Assembly: GCA_965197585.1 (NCBI GenBank)
Contig: OZ240215.1
Location: 1,856,001-1,920,000, forward strand
From: Dehalococcoidia bacterium
GTDB lineage: Bacteria; Chloroflexota; Dehalococcoidia; Plut-88900
Reading direction: 5' to 3'
Length of the DNA stretch: 64,000 nt
Position numbers and translations under genes: made by a program. Below the pieces are notes generated by a model, which did not search any database, had not been told where the DNA came from, and worked only from the letters and a program-made list of their open reading frames with translations. Positions 1-8,554 of the stretch are shown here, one piece after another. The stretch's first letter is position 1. Every line of letters starts with the position of its first letter.

Positions 1-663
1 CAACGCCCATGCCACGTGGCCCTTCAGCTGCGGCAGACGCCCGAGAACGCACAACGCCGACATCGTGGCAATACTCCGCACTTTCTTCTCCAGCCCCGGC
101 CGGCCCCAAACGTCCCCAAACAGGCTTGCCGTCACCCACTCCTCCATCCCGGATACTAGGCCATACTCCGCCCCCGATGCCTCTTCAGGATTACCTAGCG
201 TGACCTCCTCCAGCACCTCATTCCCCTTGGCAATGCGCTCCACCGTCGACTCCCCAACCTCCGCCTCAACGGGACCGTCGTCCATAAGACCACGCTCCTC
301 GAATACTGTCCTCGCCACGGACAGCGCATTCAGCGTGGATGGAAGCCCTGCATAGAACACCAGGTGCATGAACATCTCGCCCAGCTCTTCCTTCGTCCAT
401 CCCAGGTTGAGAGCGTAGCCTATGTGCCCTTTCAGCTGAGGCTCCTTGCCCGTCACGGTCAACGCCGTCATCGTAGCTATGCTCCGCATCTTCTTCGGCA
501 GTCCGGGCCGTCCCCACACCTCCCCGAACAGCGACGCGGTAACCCAGTCTCCCATACCCGGGACCAGGTCGTACTGCGGCAGGCCTGAGGCCGTTCTGCC
601 CCCCAGGCTTAGCTCTTGATAGCTGGCTTCCCCCCGGTTTACCCTGTCTTTAAATTCCGTCAT
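1..663 (-). CDS. Carboxymuconolactone decarboxylase (CMD/AhpD)-family protein with two tandem CMD domains; 3' end runs off the window
   Basis: Hand translation from ATG at 663 (not in the ORF track): MTEFKDRVNRGE...WVTASLFGEVWGRPGLPKKMRSIATMTAL...QLKGHIGYALNLG, then a second WVTASLFGDVWGRPGLEKKVRSIATMSAL...QLKGHV repeat. Confidence 0.85.
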   Translation of the reverse strand, partial: MTEFKDRVNRGEASYQELSLGGRTASGLPQYDLVPGMGDWVTASLFGEVWGRPGLPKKMRSIATMTALTVTGKEPQLKGHIGYALNLGWTKEELGEMFMHLVFYAGLPSTLNALSVARTVFEERGLMDDGPVEAEVGESTVERIAKGNEVLEEVTLGNPEEASGAEYGLVSGMEEWVTASLFGDVWGRPGLEKKVRSIATMSALCVLGRLPQLKGHVAWAL

Positions 664-762
664 AGTATGTCCAATCTACAAATTTATCTTGGCCTGGCCT
701 CATTATAGGCCATTCCCACAGACTGCAAAGGTCGTCCCAGTCCCACCCTTGCGAGGTAGCTG

Positions 763-1041
763 ATGAGCAAACAAAAGCGTAAGCCCCGAGAAGAAGAATT
801 CTCTCCGAAGTCCCGTTCAACCGCCGGCAATCTGGGCGTCGTATTCGGGCCCGTAGGCGCGCACAGGTTCTATCTCGGCTACACCCTTCACGGTATTATC
901 CAAATCGCCCTGAGCATCACCATCATCGGCGCTCTCTGGGGCATCTACGAAGGTATCACCATTCTCTGGGGCAACGAGTGGCGAGACGCCCAAGGCAGGC
1001 TCCTCCGCCCCTCCCCTCCCACCGGGAAGCAGACCCAGTAA
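763..1041 (+). CDS. TM2 domain-containing small membrane protein
   Basis: KSRSTAGNLGVVFGPVGAHRFYLG motif followed by a hydrophobic helix; GAGG RBS upstream. Confidence 0.8.
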   Translation: MSKQKRKPREEEFSPKSRSTAGNLGVVFGPVGAHRFYLGYTLHGIIQIALSITIIGALWGIYEGITILWGNEWRDAQGRLLRPSPPTGKQTQ

Positions 1042-1072
1042 CGAGGCCACCAGCACTTGAGGAGGTAGCGAC

Positions 1073-1837
1073 ATGTACGAAAGCCTGAACGGAAAAGTAG
1101 CGCTGGTCACGGGAGGAGGCTCGGGGATTGGCCGGGCAACCTCCGAGGCCTTCGCCCGGCTCGGTTGCAAAGTCGTCGTCTCGGACATGAACGGGCCCGG
1201 TGGCCTGGAGACAGTGAAGGGTATTCTCGAGTCCGGCGGCGAAGCCGTATTCATTCAGGCCAACGTCACTGTTACCACTCAGGTCCAGGCCCTGATCGAA
1301 CACACCGTTTCTCGGTTCGGCAGGCTCGACTGCGCTGTCAACAACGCCGGCATCAACGTCACGTCCCGGCTCCCCACCCACCTCCTCCCCGAAGACGACT
1401 GGGACCGGATCATAGACGTCAACCTGCGCGGGGTCTGGCTCTCCATGAAGTACGAAATCCCTGTGATGCTGGATCAGGGTGGCGGCGCAATTGTTAACCT
1501 CGCATCCATCTACGGGATCGTAGGCGCCCCCAACACTGCCGCCTACACGGCAAGTAAGCACGGAGTGTCTGGACTGACCAAGGTCGCCGCCCTCGACTAC
1601 GCCAAGAACGGCATTCGAGTCAACGCTGTCGGCCCAGGCTACACCGACACCTCGATGGTACAGCGCGTCGTCGACGCCAACCCAGGAATACAAGACTGGA
1701 TGATTGGCAAAACGCCCGCAGGCCGCATGGGAAACCCATCGGAGATCGCCCAGGCCATAGTCTGGCTCTGCTCCGACGAGGCTTCCTTTGTAACCGGCGC
1801 AATCGTCCCCATAGACGGCGGAATGATAGCCCGCTAA
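1073..1837 (+). CDS. Short-chain dehydrogenase/reductase (SDR)
   Basis: TGGGSGIG, NNAG, YTASKHG and IRVNAVGPG motifs; GGAGG RBS. Confidence 0.95.
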   Translation: MYESLNGKVALVTGGGSGIGRATSEAFARLGCKVVVSDMNGPGGLETVKGILESGGEAVFIQANVTVTTQVQALIEHTVSRFGRLDCAVNNAGINVTSRLPTHLLPEDDWDRIIDVNLRGVWLSMKYEIPVMLDQGGGAIVNLASIYGIVGAPNTAAYTASKHGVSGLTKVAALDYAKNGIRVNAVGPGYTDTSMVQRVVDANPGIQDWMIGKTPAGRMGNPSEIAQAIVWLCSDEASFVTGAIVPIDGGMIAR

Positions 1838-1920
1838 CCTCCACCTTCCGCCTCGGTGCTTACTCCCCCGTAGGGGCAGGTCTCGTGCCTGCTCTGTCTC
1901 CTCCCATCCCCTTCCCTCGT

Positions 1921-1950
1921 CCCACCCCGAGGCCCCGCGCGGGATCCAGG
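1921..1950. repeat. REP-like palindrome, family B (consensus ~GTCAYYCCGAGGCCCCGCGAGGRATCTAGG)
   Basis: Related copies at 5362-5369/6426-6452 (split by IS481), 11382-11411, 14066-14095, 16487-16516, 17480-17508 (IS5 target) and 38615-38688. Confidence 0.75.
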
Positions 1951-1976
1951 ACTTGCCTACTCCCACTCTTTTGTTG

Positions 1977-2363
1977 TCACCACAACCGCCGCACCCCATA
2001 TCGGTCAAACAGTGGTTCCCTGGATACAAGAATGAGGTCATGAGCCATCGATTGTGCAATCAGCATCCTGTCGAATGGATCGCCGTGGTGACCGGGAAGC
2101 CCTCCCGCCTTTAAGGCATCATCCACGGTTATCGGCAGCTCTTGGAAACCTTGCGCGGCAATTATGCCTGGCATGTCTAGAACTAGAGCATCAGCCTCAT
2201 CAAGCCTGCCACTTCGATGCTTGATCGCAATCTCCCACACCGATGCAGCGCTTATTAGCTTGTCATTCATATCGTCAGAAATTGCCCGGTAGCCCGTCTC
2301 TGAAAGCCGATGGCTGGATGCAACCCACCAAATCAGCGCGTGCGTGTCCAGCAAAAGCCGCAA
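1977..2363 (-). CDS. vapC: VapC-type PIN-domain toxin
   Basis: LLLDTHALIWW, SAASVWEIAIK and HGDPFDRMLIAQ motifs; abuts the antitoxin stop codon. Confidence 0.92.
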   Translation of the reverse strand: MRLLLDTHALIWWVASSHRLSETGYRAISDDMNDKLISAASVWEIAIKHRSGRLDEADALVLDMPGIIAAQGFQELPITVDDALKAGGLPGHHGDPFDRMLIAQSMAHDLILVSREPLFDRYGVRRLW

Positions 2364-2597
2364 CTACCTCCCCTCCCACAACCTCAGTTCCTCTTCCGGC
2401 AGCGGATCAAAGAAACTGTCGTCTATCTTTATCTTTCCTTTTAAAGCGCCAAACCGCGGCTTCCCATTAGGCTTGCAGCTCACCAACCAAGCCACCGGCT
2501 TCCCATTCCGGGCAATAATCACTTCTTCCCCCGCCTCTACTTGCACCAGTAACTTCGACAAGTTGGTCTTCGCTTCATGAACATTTACTGTTGTCAT
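2364..2597 (-). CDS. Phd/YefM-family antitoxin (toxin-proximal copy)
   Basis: MTTVNVHEAKTNLSKLL...GEEVIIARNGKPVA signature. Confidence 0.92.
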   Translation of the reverse strand: MTTVNVHEAKTNLSKLLVQVEAGEEVIIARNGKPVAWLVSCKPNGKPRFGALKGKIKIDDSFFDPLPEEELRLWEGR

Positions 2598-2686
2598 AGC
2601 TGTTCACATGGACCAGTGTAGCTAACTGTATAGCTAATTAAGGATGGAGTCATGTAACGCTCTTATCCGACACTTGAAATCCTATC

Positions 2687-2920
2687 CTACCTCCCTTCCC
2701 ACAACCTTAATTCCTCTTCCGGAAGCGGATCGAAGAAACTGTCGTCGATATTAATCAGACCTTTGAGCACGTCAGGTGTCGGCTTCCCCTTAGGCTCGCA
2801 GCTCACCAACCGGGCCACCGGTTTCCCATTCCGGGCAATGATCACTTCCTCCCCAGCCTCGACCTGCGCCAGCAGCCGAGACAGATTGGTCTTGGCCTCA
2901 TGTACATTCACAGTTGTCAT
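2687..2920 (-). CDS. Phd/YefM-family antitoxin (second, upstream copy)
   Basis: 77 aa close paralogue of 2364-2597. Confidence 0.9.
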   Translation of the reverse strand: MTTVNVHEAKTNLSRLLAQVEAGEEVIIARNGKPVARLVSCEPKGKPTPDVLKGLINIDDSFFDPLPEEELRLWEGR

Positions 2921-2940
2921 AGTTGTTCCCCTTGCCTATC

Positions 2941-2961
2941 TTAGCTAACTATATAGCTAAC
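2941..2961 (-). promoter_or_regulatory. Probable TA autorepression operator (TAGCTAA repeats); second copy at 2619-2638
   Basis: ttagctaactatatagctaac and tagctaactgtatagctaat each lie about 20-40 nt upstream of an antitoxin ATG. Confidence 0.55.
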
Positions 2962-3016
2962 TCTGAATGCAGTCAAGCGGATGCTCTTTTCCGATAGGAG
3001 AAATCTCTATCTCCCT

Positions 3017-4402
3017 CTACCCCCGAAACTCCTCCCGAGGCCCCTTCAACCGCTCCGACAAATCAGTGTCTCCCATAAACTTCACCAGGTATTGGTGCAA
3101 GTCCTTAGCCACGTCTTCCTTATCCTGTACCAGGTTCCGCTCCTGGCCCGGGTCTGAAGCCAGGTGATATAGCTCCGACTTCCCCGCCTCCGCCGCATAC
3201 ATCAGAGACCAATCGTCTGTCGTAACCACTGTGTTGGAGTGGACCTTCGCCCTTCGAAGGAAATTGTCCACGTGTCTAACCTGAGCCCCGGGGTTGGCAA
3301 ATGGCTTGCCACTGATCACAAACTCCCGACCCGGCAACGACAAATCGTGCATCCTAGGCAGCAGCGAGTCCCCCTCCACTTGCTCAGGAACCGGCTGGTC
3401 CAGTATCTGCATCACCGTCGGCATAACGTCAACTGCTGCCGTTAACTTGTCATACACCCCCGCCTTCAATCCGGGAACGTACATCAAAAGCGGTATACGT
3501 ATGATCTCCTCATATAGCGGATCATGGCCCCAGCCCGCGTCGGCTCGCATCCAACCGTCGGCCGCCGACCCGTCCTCCGTCGTATAAACCGACTTCCCAA
3601 AATGTCCCCCGTGCTCCCCAAACAGAAATCCGTGATCTGTGGTGAAGATGATCGCCGTATTGTCCATCAACCCCATATTCTCGACACACCTCATCAGGTA
3701 ACCGATCCACGTGTCTACCATCGTCACCTCGCCACAATAGGTGGCGTGTGCCTTCTTGACCTTGGCCTCCGTGAATCCGGGCACGTCCTGCCAGCGGTTA
3801 TACGGCGGTTCGATGATCTCACCATCGTAGTCGGGCATATAGAGCTCGGTATAGTAGTTGGGCGCGTCCCAGGGCTCGTGAGGGTCCCACGTGTCGATAT
3901 AAAGGAAGAAGTTCTCTTTGTAGTGTCGCTGCAGCCATTGCATCGCCCAGGTAAATGTCTGTGGTGCAGCATGGTCCGCCTCCGACCTCCACCCTGCCCG
4001 CAGGTCATGCGACTCTATCTTGAACTTCCCCGGGATAAGCGACGCATCCTGGCTCGGGTTGAAGTAAAACCCCTGAAACCCCCGGTCGAAGTTCATGCCG
4101 TCCCGGATATAGTACGGCGTATCAACCACCGCAGCCGTCACATACCCGCGCTCGGACAGGATATCCGCCAACGTGATCGATTCAGAAGGAAGCGGCTCCC
4201 ACCCCATGAACGACATCGTCCACTTACCCGTATGATGGTCTGCTCGCGCAGGCACAGTGGGAAAGGACGAGACAAAGTGTCGGTCGAACCGCACGGCCTT
4301 GGAAGCCAATGAGTCAAGCGCTGGAGTCTTAATCCAATCGTTCCCGTAGGCCCCCATCCGGTCCCACCTGAAAGTATCGGCAACTATCCAGATTACGTTC
4401 AT
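3017..4402 (-). CDS. Sulfatase-like hydrolase (alkaline phosphatase superfamily) with atypical T-V-P-A-R motif
   Basis: IVADTFRWD, FPTVPARADHHTG, WDPHEPW, TTDHG and ELYHLASDPGQ motifs. Confidence 0.85.
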   Translation of the reverse strand: MNVIWIVADTFRWDRMGAYGNDWIKTPALDSLASKAVRFDRHFVSSFPTVPARADHHTGKWTMSFMGWEPLPSESITLADILSERGYVTAAVVDTPYYIRDGMNFDRGFQGFYFNPSQDASLIPGKFKIESHDLRAGWRSEADHAAPQTFTWAMQWLQRHYKENFFLYIDTWDPHEPWDAPNYYTELYMPDYDGEIIEPPYNRWQDVPGFTEAKVKKAHATYCGEVTMVDTWIGYLMRCVENMGLMDNTAIIFTTDHGFLFGEHGGHFGKSVYTTEDGSAADGWMRADAGWGHDPLYEEIIRIPLLMYVPGLKAGVYDKLTAAVDVMPTVMQILDQPVPEQVEGDSLLPRMHDLSLPGREFVISGKPFANPGAQVRHVDNFLRRAKVHSNTVVTTDDWSLMYAAEAGKSELYHLASDPGQERNLVQDKEDVAKDLHQYLVKFMGDTDLSERLKGPREEFRG

Positions 4403-4482
4403 AAACGCACACCTTTCTCGGCCTGGCCCTCACGCGTGGCCGGCCGATGCATAGCCTCCATCCATGTCCGTGTCAAAGTCAT

Positions 4483-5215
4483 TCAACGGGCTTTCTCCAT
4501 GGCAGACATTGCCATCGCATTACCACCTATCTCGTAAGGCGAGATCACCTGGTTCGCTCCGGCTCTGCGCGGCTTCTCCTCCGCCTCAGGTCTGGACGCC
4601 CTGGCCACGATATGCAACCCCGCGTTCAACCCCCTAGCCGTCAGCGTTATATATACATTCTCACTGTCATCGCCCGTCACCGCAACCAGTCCCACCGCCT
4701 TATCTATCAGCGCCGATATTAGATCAGCGTCTCTGGTGGCATCGCCCTGCAGAGACAACAGACCAAGCTCTTCAGCTTCGGCCAATGCCTCGGCCTCATT
4801 GTCTACCACAATTACCGGCACCGACTCCCCTTGAAGGGTGGAGGCAACTACCCTGCCGACTCGTCCAAAACCGCATACGATGAAGTGGCCCTTGAGCTTT
4901 GCGATTTTTTGTCTTCAATTTGCGCCTCCGGAATAAGCTCCCGACCTCATGCGCGACTGCCAAATTGACCACCGAAGTCAGGACATAGAGCATCACCCCT
5001 ACACCCGCCACCATCAGGAATATTGTATAGATGCGGCCGGTTGATGGGAGGGGGTGGACCTCCTCATAACCTACGGTCGTCAAGGTGAGTATGGTTATAT
5101 AGGCCGCGTCCAGCAGTGACCACCCCTCAATCACCATGTACCCGGTGATCCCCACCGCCACCACGACTGCCAGCGCAAACACGCCCCTTGCTAACCCACT
5201 CCTGAATAGCCTCAC
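4483..5215 (-). pseudogene. Kch/MthK-type K+ channel with RCK_N (TrkA_N) domain, split by a +1 frameshift
   Basis: TTVGYEE filter in 4796-5215. Removing one T from the T6 run at 4905-4910 restores KIAKLKGHFIVCGFGRVG, in frame with 4483-4821 (QGDAT, GDDSENV). Confidence 0.8.
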
Positions 5216-5369
5216 TACTGCCCTTCACCTCTTACTCGACAGTACACATTTCGAGCCACCGTCTCTGTAAATGATAGTGCCGACACAAAATGACTCCTCA
5301 ATGCGCCGGAGCCCGAATCTCACCCTAAATCGATTCGCATTTGCGTCACCTTTGTATAACCGTCATTCC

Positions 5370-6425
5370 TGTAGATGTCAGATGATTCGTTGACAGAATT
5401 AGAGGGATTGAAGGGTCTCCAAAGGGGTCTTTCCGTCCATTGCCTGATGGGGTCTTTGGGTATTGTAGTAGAGCAGATATTGCTGCAGTTCGTCCCGCAG
5501 TTCAGCCACCGACTCGAAGGTGGTCCCCTCCAGCAGGTCCTCGTTCAGGGTCCTCCAGAACCGCTCTATCTTCCCGTTAGTCTGGGGCCTATAAGGGCGA
5601 GTGTAGCGGTGCTTGATGCCCAGCTCCTTGAGCATCCGTTCCATGGGGTGGCCCTCGATGTTCCTGGGCGAGGCCATCTCGGGGCCATTGTCGGTGAGGA
5701 TGGCCTCGAATTTGATGCCGTACTCCGCATTAAGGAAGTTGATGGATTTCAGGGTTGCGAACATGACAGAGAGGCTCTTGATGTCTCCGACCACTTCGGC
5801 CCAGGCCAAGCGGGTGCAGGCGTCGATGAGGGCTACCAGGTAGTAACGGCGCTTGGAGTCTACCAGGAGGTCCCGGCTGAGGTGGTGGCTGTCCAGGTGC
5901 CCCAACTCCCCTGCCCGGGTCTTGATGATCTTGCGCTTCGATTGCTGCATCGGCTTTGTGAGCCTATTAACACCGTGGCGTCTGGTGATGGCGTAGATGG
6001 TAGAGGGCTTAGGGGTGTGCTGTTTGAGGATGGGCTTGAGTATGGCATATATCTCGTAGCGATTGGTACCGTTGAAGCATTCGCTGAGAACCTTCTGCTC
6101 TATGTAGGGCAGGGTACGGCGGCTCTTCCAATTGGGGCCCCGTTTACGGGGGAAGAAGGCTTCGTCGGAGGGGGAGAGGAGGAACCGGTTGTAGTACTTG
6201 GCAAAGGTCTGACGTGTAGTGCCGTGGAAGGCATAGAAATCCTGGGCGAAGCGGAAGCGGGGATGCTTCCTGGCCTTGACCAATCGGTATTCCTGTATGA
6301 GGAATCGCCACTTCTGAATGTAGTTCCTTTCAAGGGTGAGATCCTTGCTGTTGTCTCGCATTTTCGCCTCCAGATTGGTGTTGGCCTCTTATACCAATCT
6401 GTCAACGAATTACCTAACACTTACA
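5370..6425 (-). mobile_element. Complete IS481-family insertion sequence
   Basis: TGT...ACA ends; 28-bp imperfect IRs (5370-5397 / 6398-6425, 23/28 match); 5-bp duplication ATTCC at 5365-5369 and 6426-6430. Confidence 0.9.
5399..6361 (-). CDS. IS481-family DDE (rve) transposase
   Basis: GELGHLDS, IDACTR, TDNGPEM, PYRPQTNGKIERFWRTL and YYNTQRPHQAM motifs. Confidence 0.93.
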   Translation of the reverse strand: MRDNSKDLTLERNYIQKWRFLIQEYRLVKARKHPRFRFAQDFYAFHGTTRQTFAKYYNRFLLSPSDEAFFPRKRGPNWKSRRTLPYIEQKVLSECFNGTNRYEIYAILKPILKQHTPKPSTIYAITRRHGVNRLTKPMQQSKRKIIKTRAGELGHLDSHHLSRDLLVDSKRRYYLVALIDACTRLAWAEVVGDIKSLSVMFATLKSINFLNAEYGIKFEAILTDNGPEMASPRNIEGHPMERMLKELGIKHRYTRPYRPQTNGKIERFWRTLNEDLLEGTTFESVAELRDELQQYLLYYNTQRPHQAMDGKTPLETLQSL

Positions 6426-6559
6426 ATTCCGAGGCTCCGCGAGGAATCTGGGGCTGGGAATTGGCTAACATGTCTAGTCTTCCCAATATGTTCGAGCACG
6501 GGAAGTTATTCAAAGGTTTCTTTATCGCTGAGGCCGCGAGCCTCTCAGCGCACGTGCTA

Positions 6560-7834
6560 TCAAGTCACCCGGATAGGATGCGGAATCGGCTGATTGAACA
6601 GATATCCCCGGTAGTTGAAGGGTGTTTCATCAGGCTGAGTGTTCCCCGCCGAGTCCGTGGCCCGCGTCATTATCGTGTGCCGTCCTGGAGCCGCATCCCA
6701 CGTAAACTCGAAACGAGCCCATGAGTACTGCACTTGCGGCCCGGTTATTTCCGCGTCCTTCCATGTCCGACCGGAGTCCTCGCTCCATTCAACTTTAGCA
6801 ATAGAGCCGTAACCCGAATGCGCATAGCCATATATCTGGCGCGGGCCCGTAGACAACTCCGCGGGCCATGAAAGAGCGAGAGCGCTCTTCACAACCTGGG
6901 TCGTTATGACTTCTCCCTCCGCCTCCCCCTTCGGCTCATACTCATCGCCGATAAGCACGTAGTGCGTGGTGTTATTGCGGGTCCAGATTGGCTCGGAAGA
7001 CACCACTATCTGACCCAGCCATTTGATGGATGACGTCCCTGCCCAGCCCGGCACTACAGCTCGTAGTGGGAACCCATGGTCCTGTGGCAGAATCTCTCCG
7101 TTCATACCGTAAGCTAGCAGCGTGTCGGGGTGCATCGCCTTGTCCACGGGTAGTGTTCGTCGGTAGCCTTCCTCCGGAGCATCAAAGTCCATCCCGACCA
7201 ATAGCACACTCTGTGCCTCTTCCTTGATCCCCGCTTCCCTTAGCACGTCCCTCAGTGGCACCCCTATCCACTCACCATTCCCCACCCCTCCCCTGCCCCA
7301 CTGCGTACCTATAGTCGCCTCTCCTTTTACCAGGTCGAACATCACACGCTGATTGCCCGCACACTCCACGAAGGAGACCAAAGTCCTGGAAGGCATATTT
7401 AGAATCTGGTCGTAAGACAGTTCCAGCGGAGAAGATACGGCGTCCCCTCCTATGCTGAGCTTCCAACCAGTGGAGTTCACTGCCACGCTGCTGGAGTTGT
7501 TGCGCACGAAAAAGAAGCGGTTCGGCGTAATCAATCCCTGGATGTTTTCCAGGCGACCCTCTAGGCTGCCTTCGTGCTTAATGAAAGGGTCCGCGTCCTT
7601 GAACCACGCCGCCGACGCCATAGTTCCCAAGTCTGGCATGGCAGTGACGATTGAAGTTGGGGATGGGCTCCCCGAGCAAGCCGCCAACACATCTGCCGCA
7701 CCTCCTGCGGCCAACAGTTGTAGGAAACGGCGCCTGGCTATGCCATGAGCGCTGGCCTGCCGCCAGAGCCGGTCTTCCTCTGACGCCCTCGTGTACCTTG
7801 GGACACTTGTACAGTCAACCTCTGATGGGTCCAT
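6560..7834 (-). CDS. Sulfite oxidase-family molybdoprotein, probable Tat-exported lipoprotein
   Basis: RRRFL twin-arginine and LAAC lipobox; FFVRN, ECAGNQR, HGFPLRAVVPGW and SIKWL motifs; C-terminal dimerisation domain. Start codon uncertain. Confidence 0.9.
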   Translation of the reverse strand: MDPSEVDCTSVPRYTRASEEDRLWRQASAHGIARRRFLQLLAAGGAADVLAACSGSPSPTSIVTAMPDLGTMASAAWFKDADPFIKHEGSLEGRLENIQGLITPNRFFFVRNNSSSVAVNSTGWKLSIGGDAVSSPLELSYDQILNMPSRTLVSFVECAGNQRVMFDLVKGEATIGTQWGRGGVGNGEWIGVPLRDVLREAGIKEEAQSVLLVGMDFDAPEEGYRRTLPVDKAMHPDTLLAYGMNGEILPQDHGFPLRAVVPGWAGTSSIKWLGQIVVSSEPIWTRNNTTHYVLIGDEYEPKGEAEGEVITTQVVKSALALSWPAELSTGPRQIYGYAHSGYGSIAKVEWSEDSGRTWKDAEITGPQVQYSWARFEFTWDAAPGRHTIMTRATDSAGNTQPDETPFNYRGYLFNQPIPHPIRVT

Positions 7835-8028
7835 ATCTCTACCCCATTGCCTGCGTAACAAGTGAATAGCCTGAACAGGTTCTTGGGACGGTGCACCCTA
7901 ACGGTATCATCTTCTCGGTACTGATTAAAGTCCCGAATTCCCAGCGCAGAGCAGGCCCGCATACACTATAATATCCCAGCCCCGACCCCATACCGATAGA
8001 AATTACCCCTAATTAAGGAGCAACCCCA

Positions 8029-8244
8029 ATGGCAGCTGTTTCATGGAGCGAGGTCGCCAAATATTTCGATGACGCCTTTCCCCTCAAGGGCAGGGTCGAG
8101 CGCCGTGATGTCATGGACCTCGCCGATGCAGATCTCGCCTCAGATGACGTCGTAGATGCAATAGACGCCATCGGCTCCCGCGTCTTCCCGACCATCGACG
8201 CCGCCAAGTCCTTCCTCGAATCCCAGGGCTACATTTCCGCCTAA
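8029..8244 (+). CDS. Small acidic hypothetical protein (DUF2795-like)
   Basis: Strong AAGGAG RBS; FDDAFP...DVVDAIDAI pattern. Confidence 0.65.
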   Translation: MAAVSWSEVAKYFDDAFPLKGRVERRDVMDLADADLASDDVVDAIDAIGSRVFPTIDAAKSFLESQGYISA

Positions 8245-8489
8245 ACCCCACCCCCATCCACCCGCTCACTCCGAGCGGAGCTGCAAGTGCGCCTCTGGAG
8301 CATCGAAGGGTCGAGCGTGGAGACCCCCCCACCATCAATCCATCGCGATTGCCCTACCCCCATCCACACTTGTCTCTCTTCCCGACGTTCATCCGTCACT
8401 CCGGGCCCCCAACCGACTCACGGATCAAAGCCAACCCATTATTACCAACGATGCTCTTGGCTTCCACACCCTTTACTTACGAAAACAAC

Positions 8490-8523
8490 AATCGGGGGCT
8501 GGCATATGTGCCAGCCCCCGATT
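8490..8523. terminator. Probable bidirectional intrinsic terminator
   Basis: 15-bp perfect stem aatcgggggctggca / tgccagcccccgatt with T-rich tails on both strands, just downstream of hppA. Confidence 0.8.
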
Positions 8524-8554
8524 TCTTTCGCCTTCTAAGAAATTATTGGTGAAT

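Noticed and set aside
956-6724. Long antisense ORFs (956-2059, 5375-6724; also 32314-33579, 58867-59694)
   Set aside because: They are shadows of well-supported genes on the opposite strand in GC-rich DNA.
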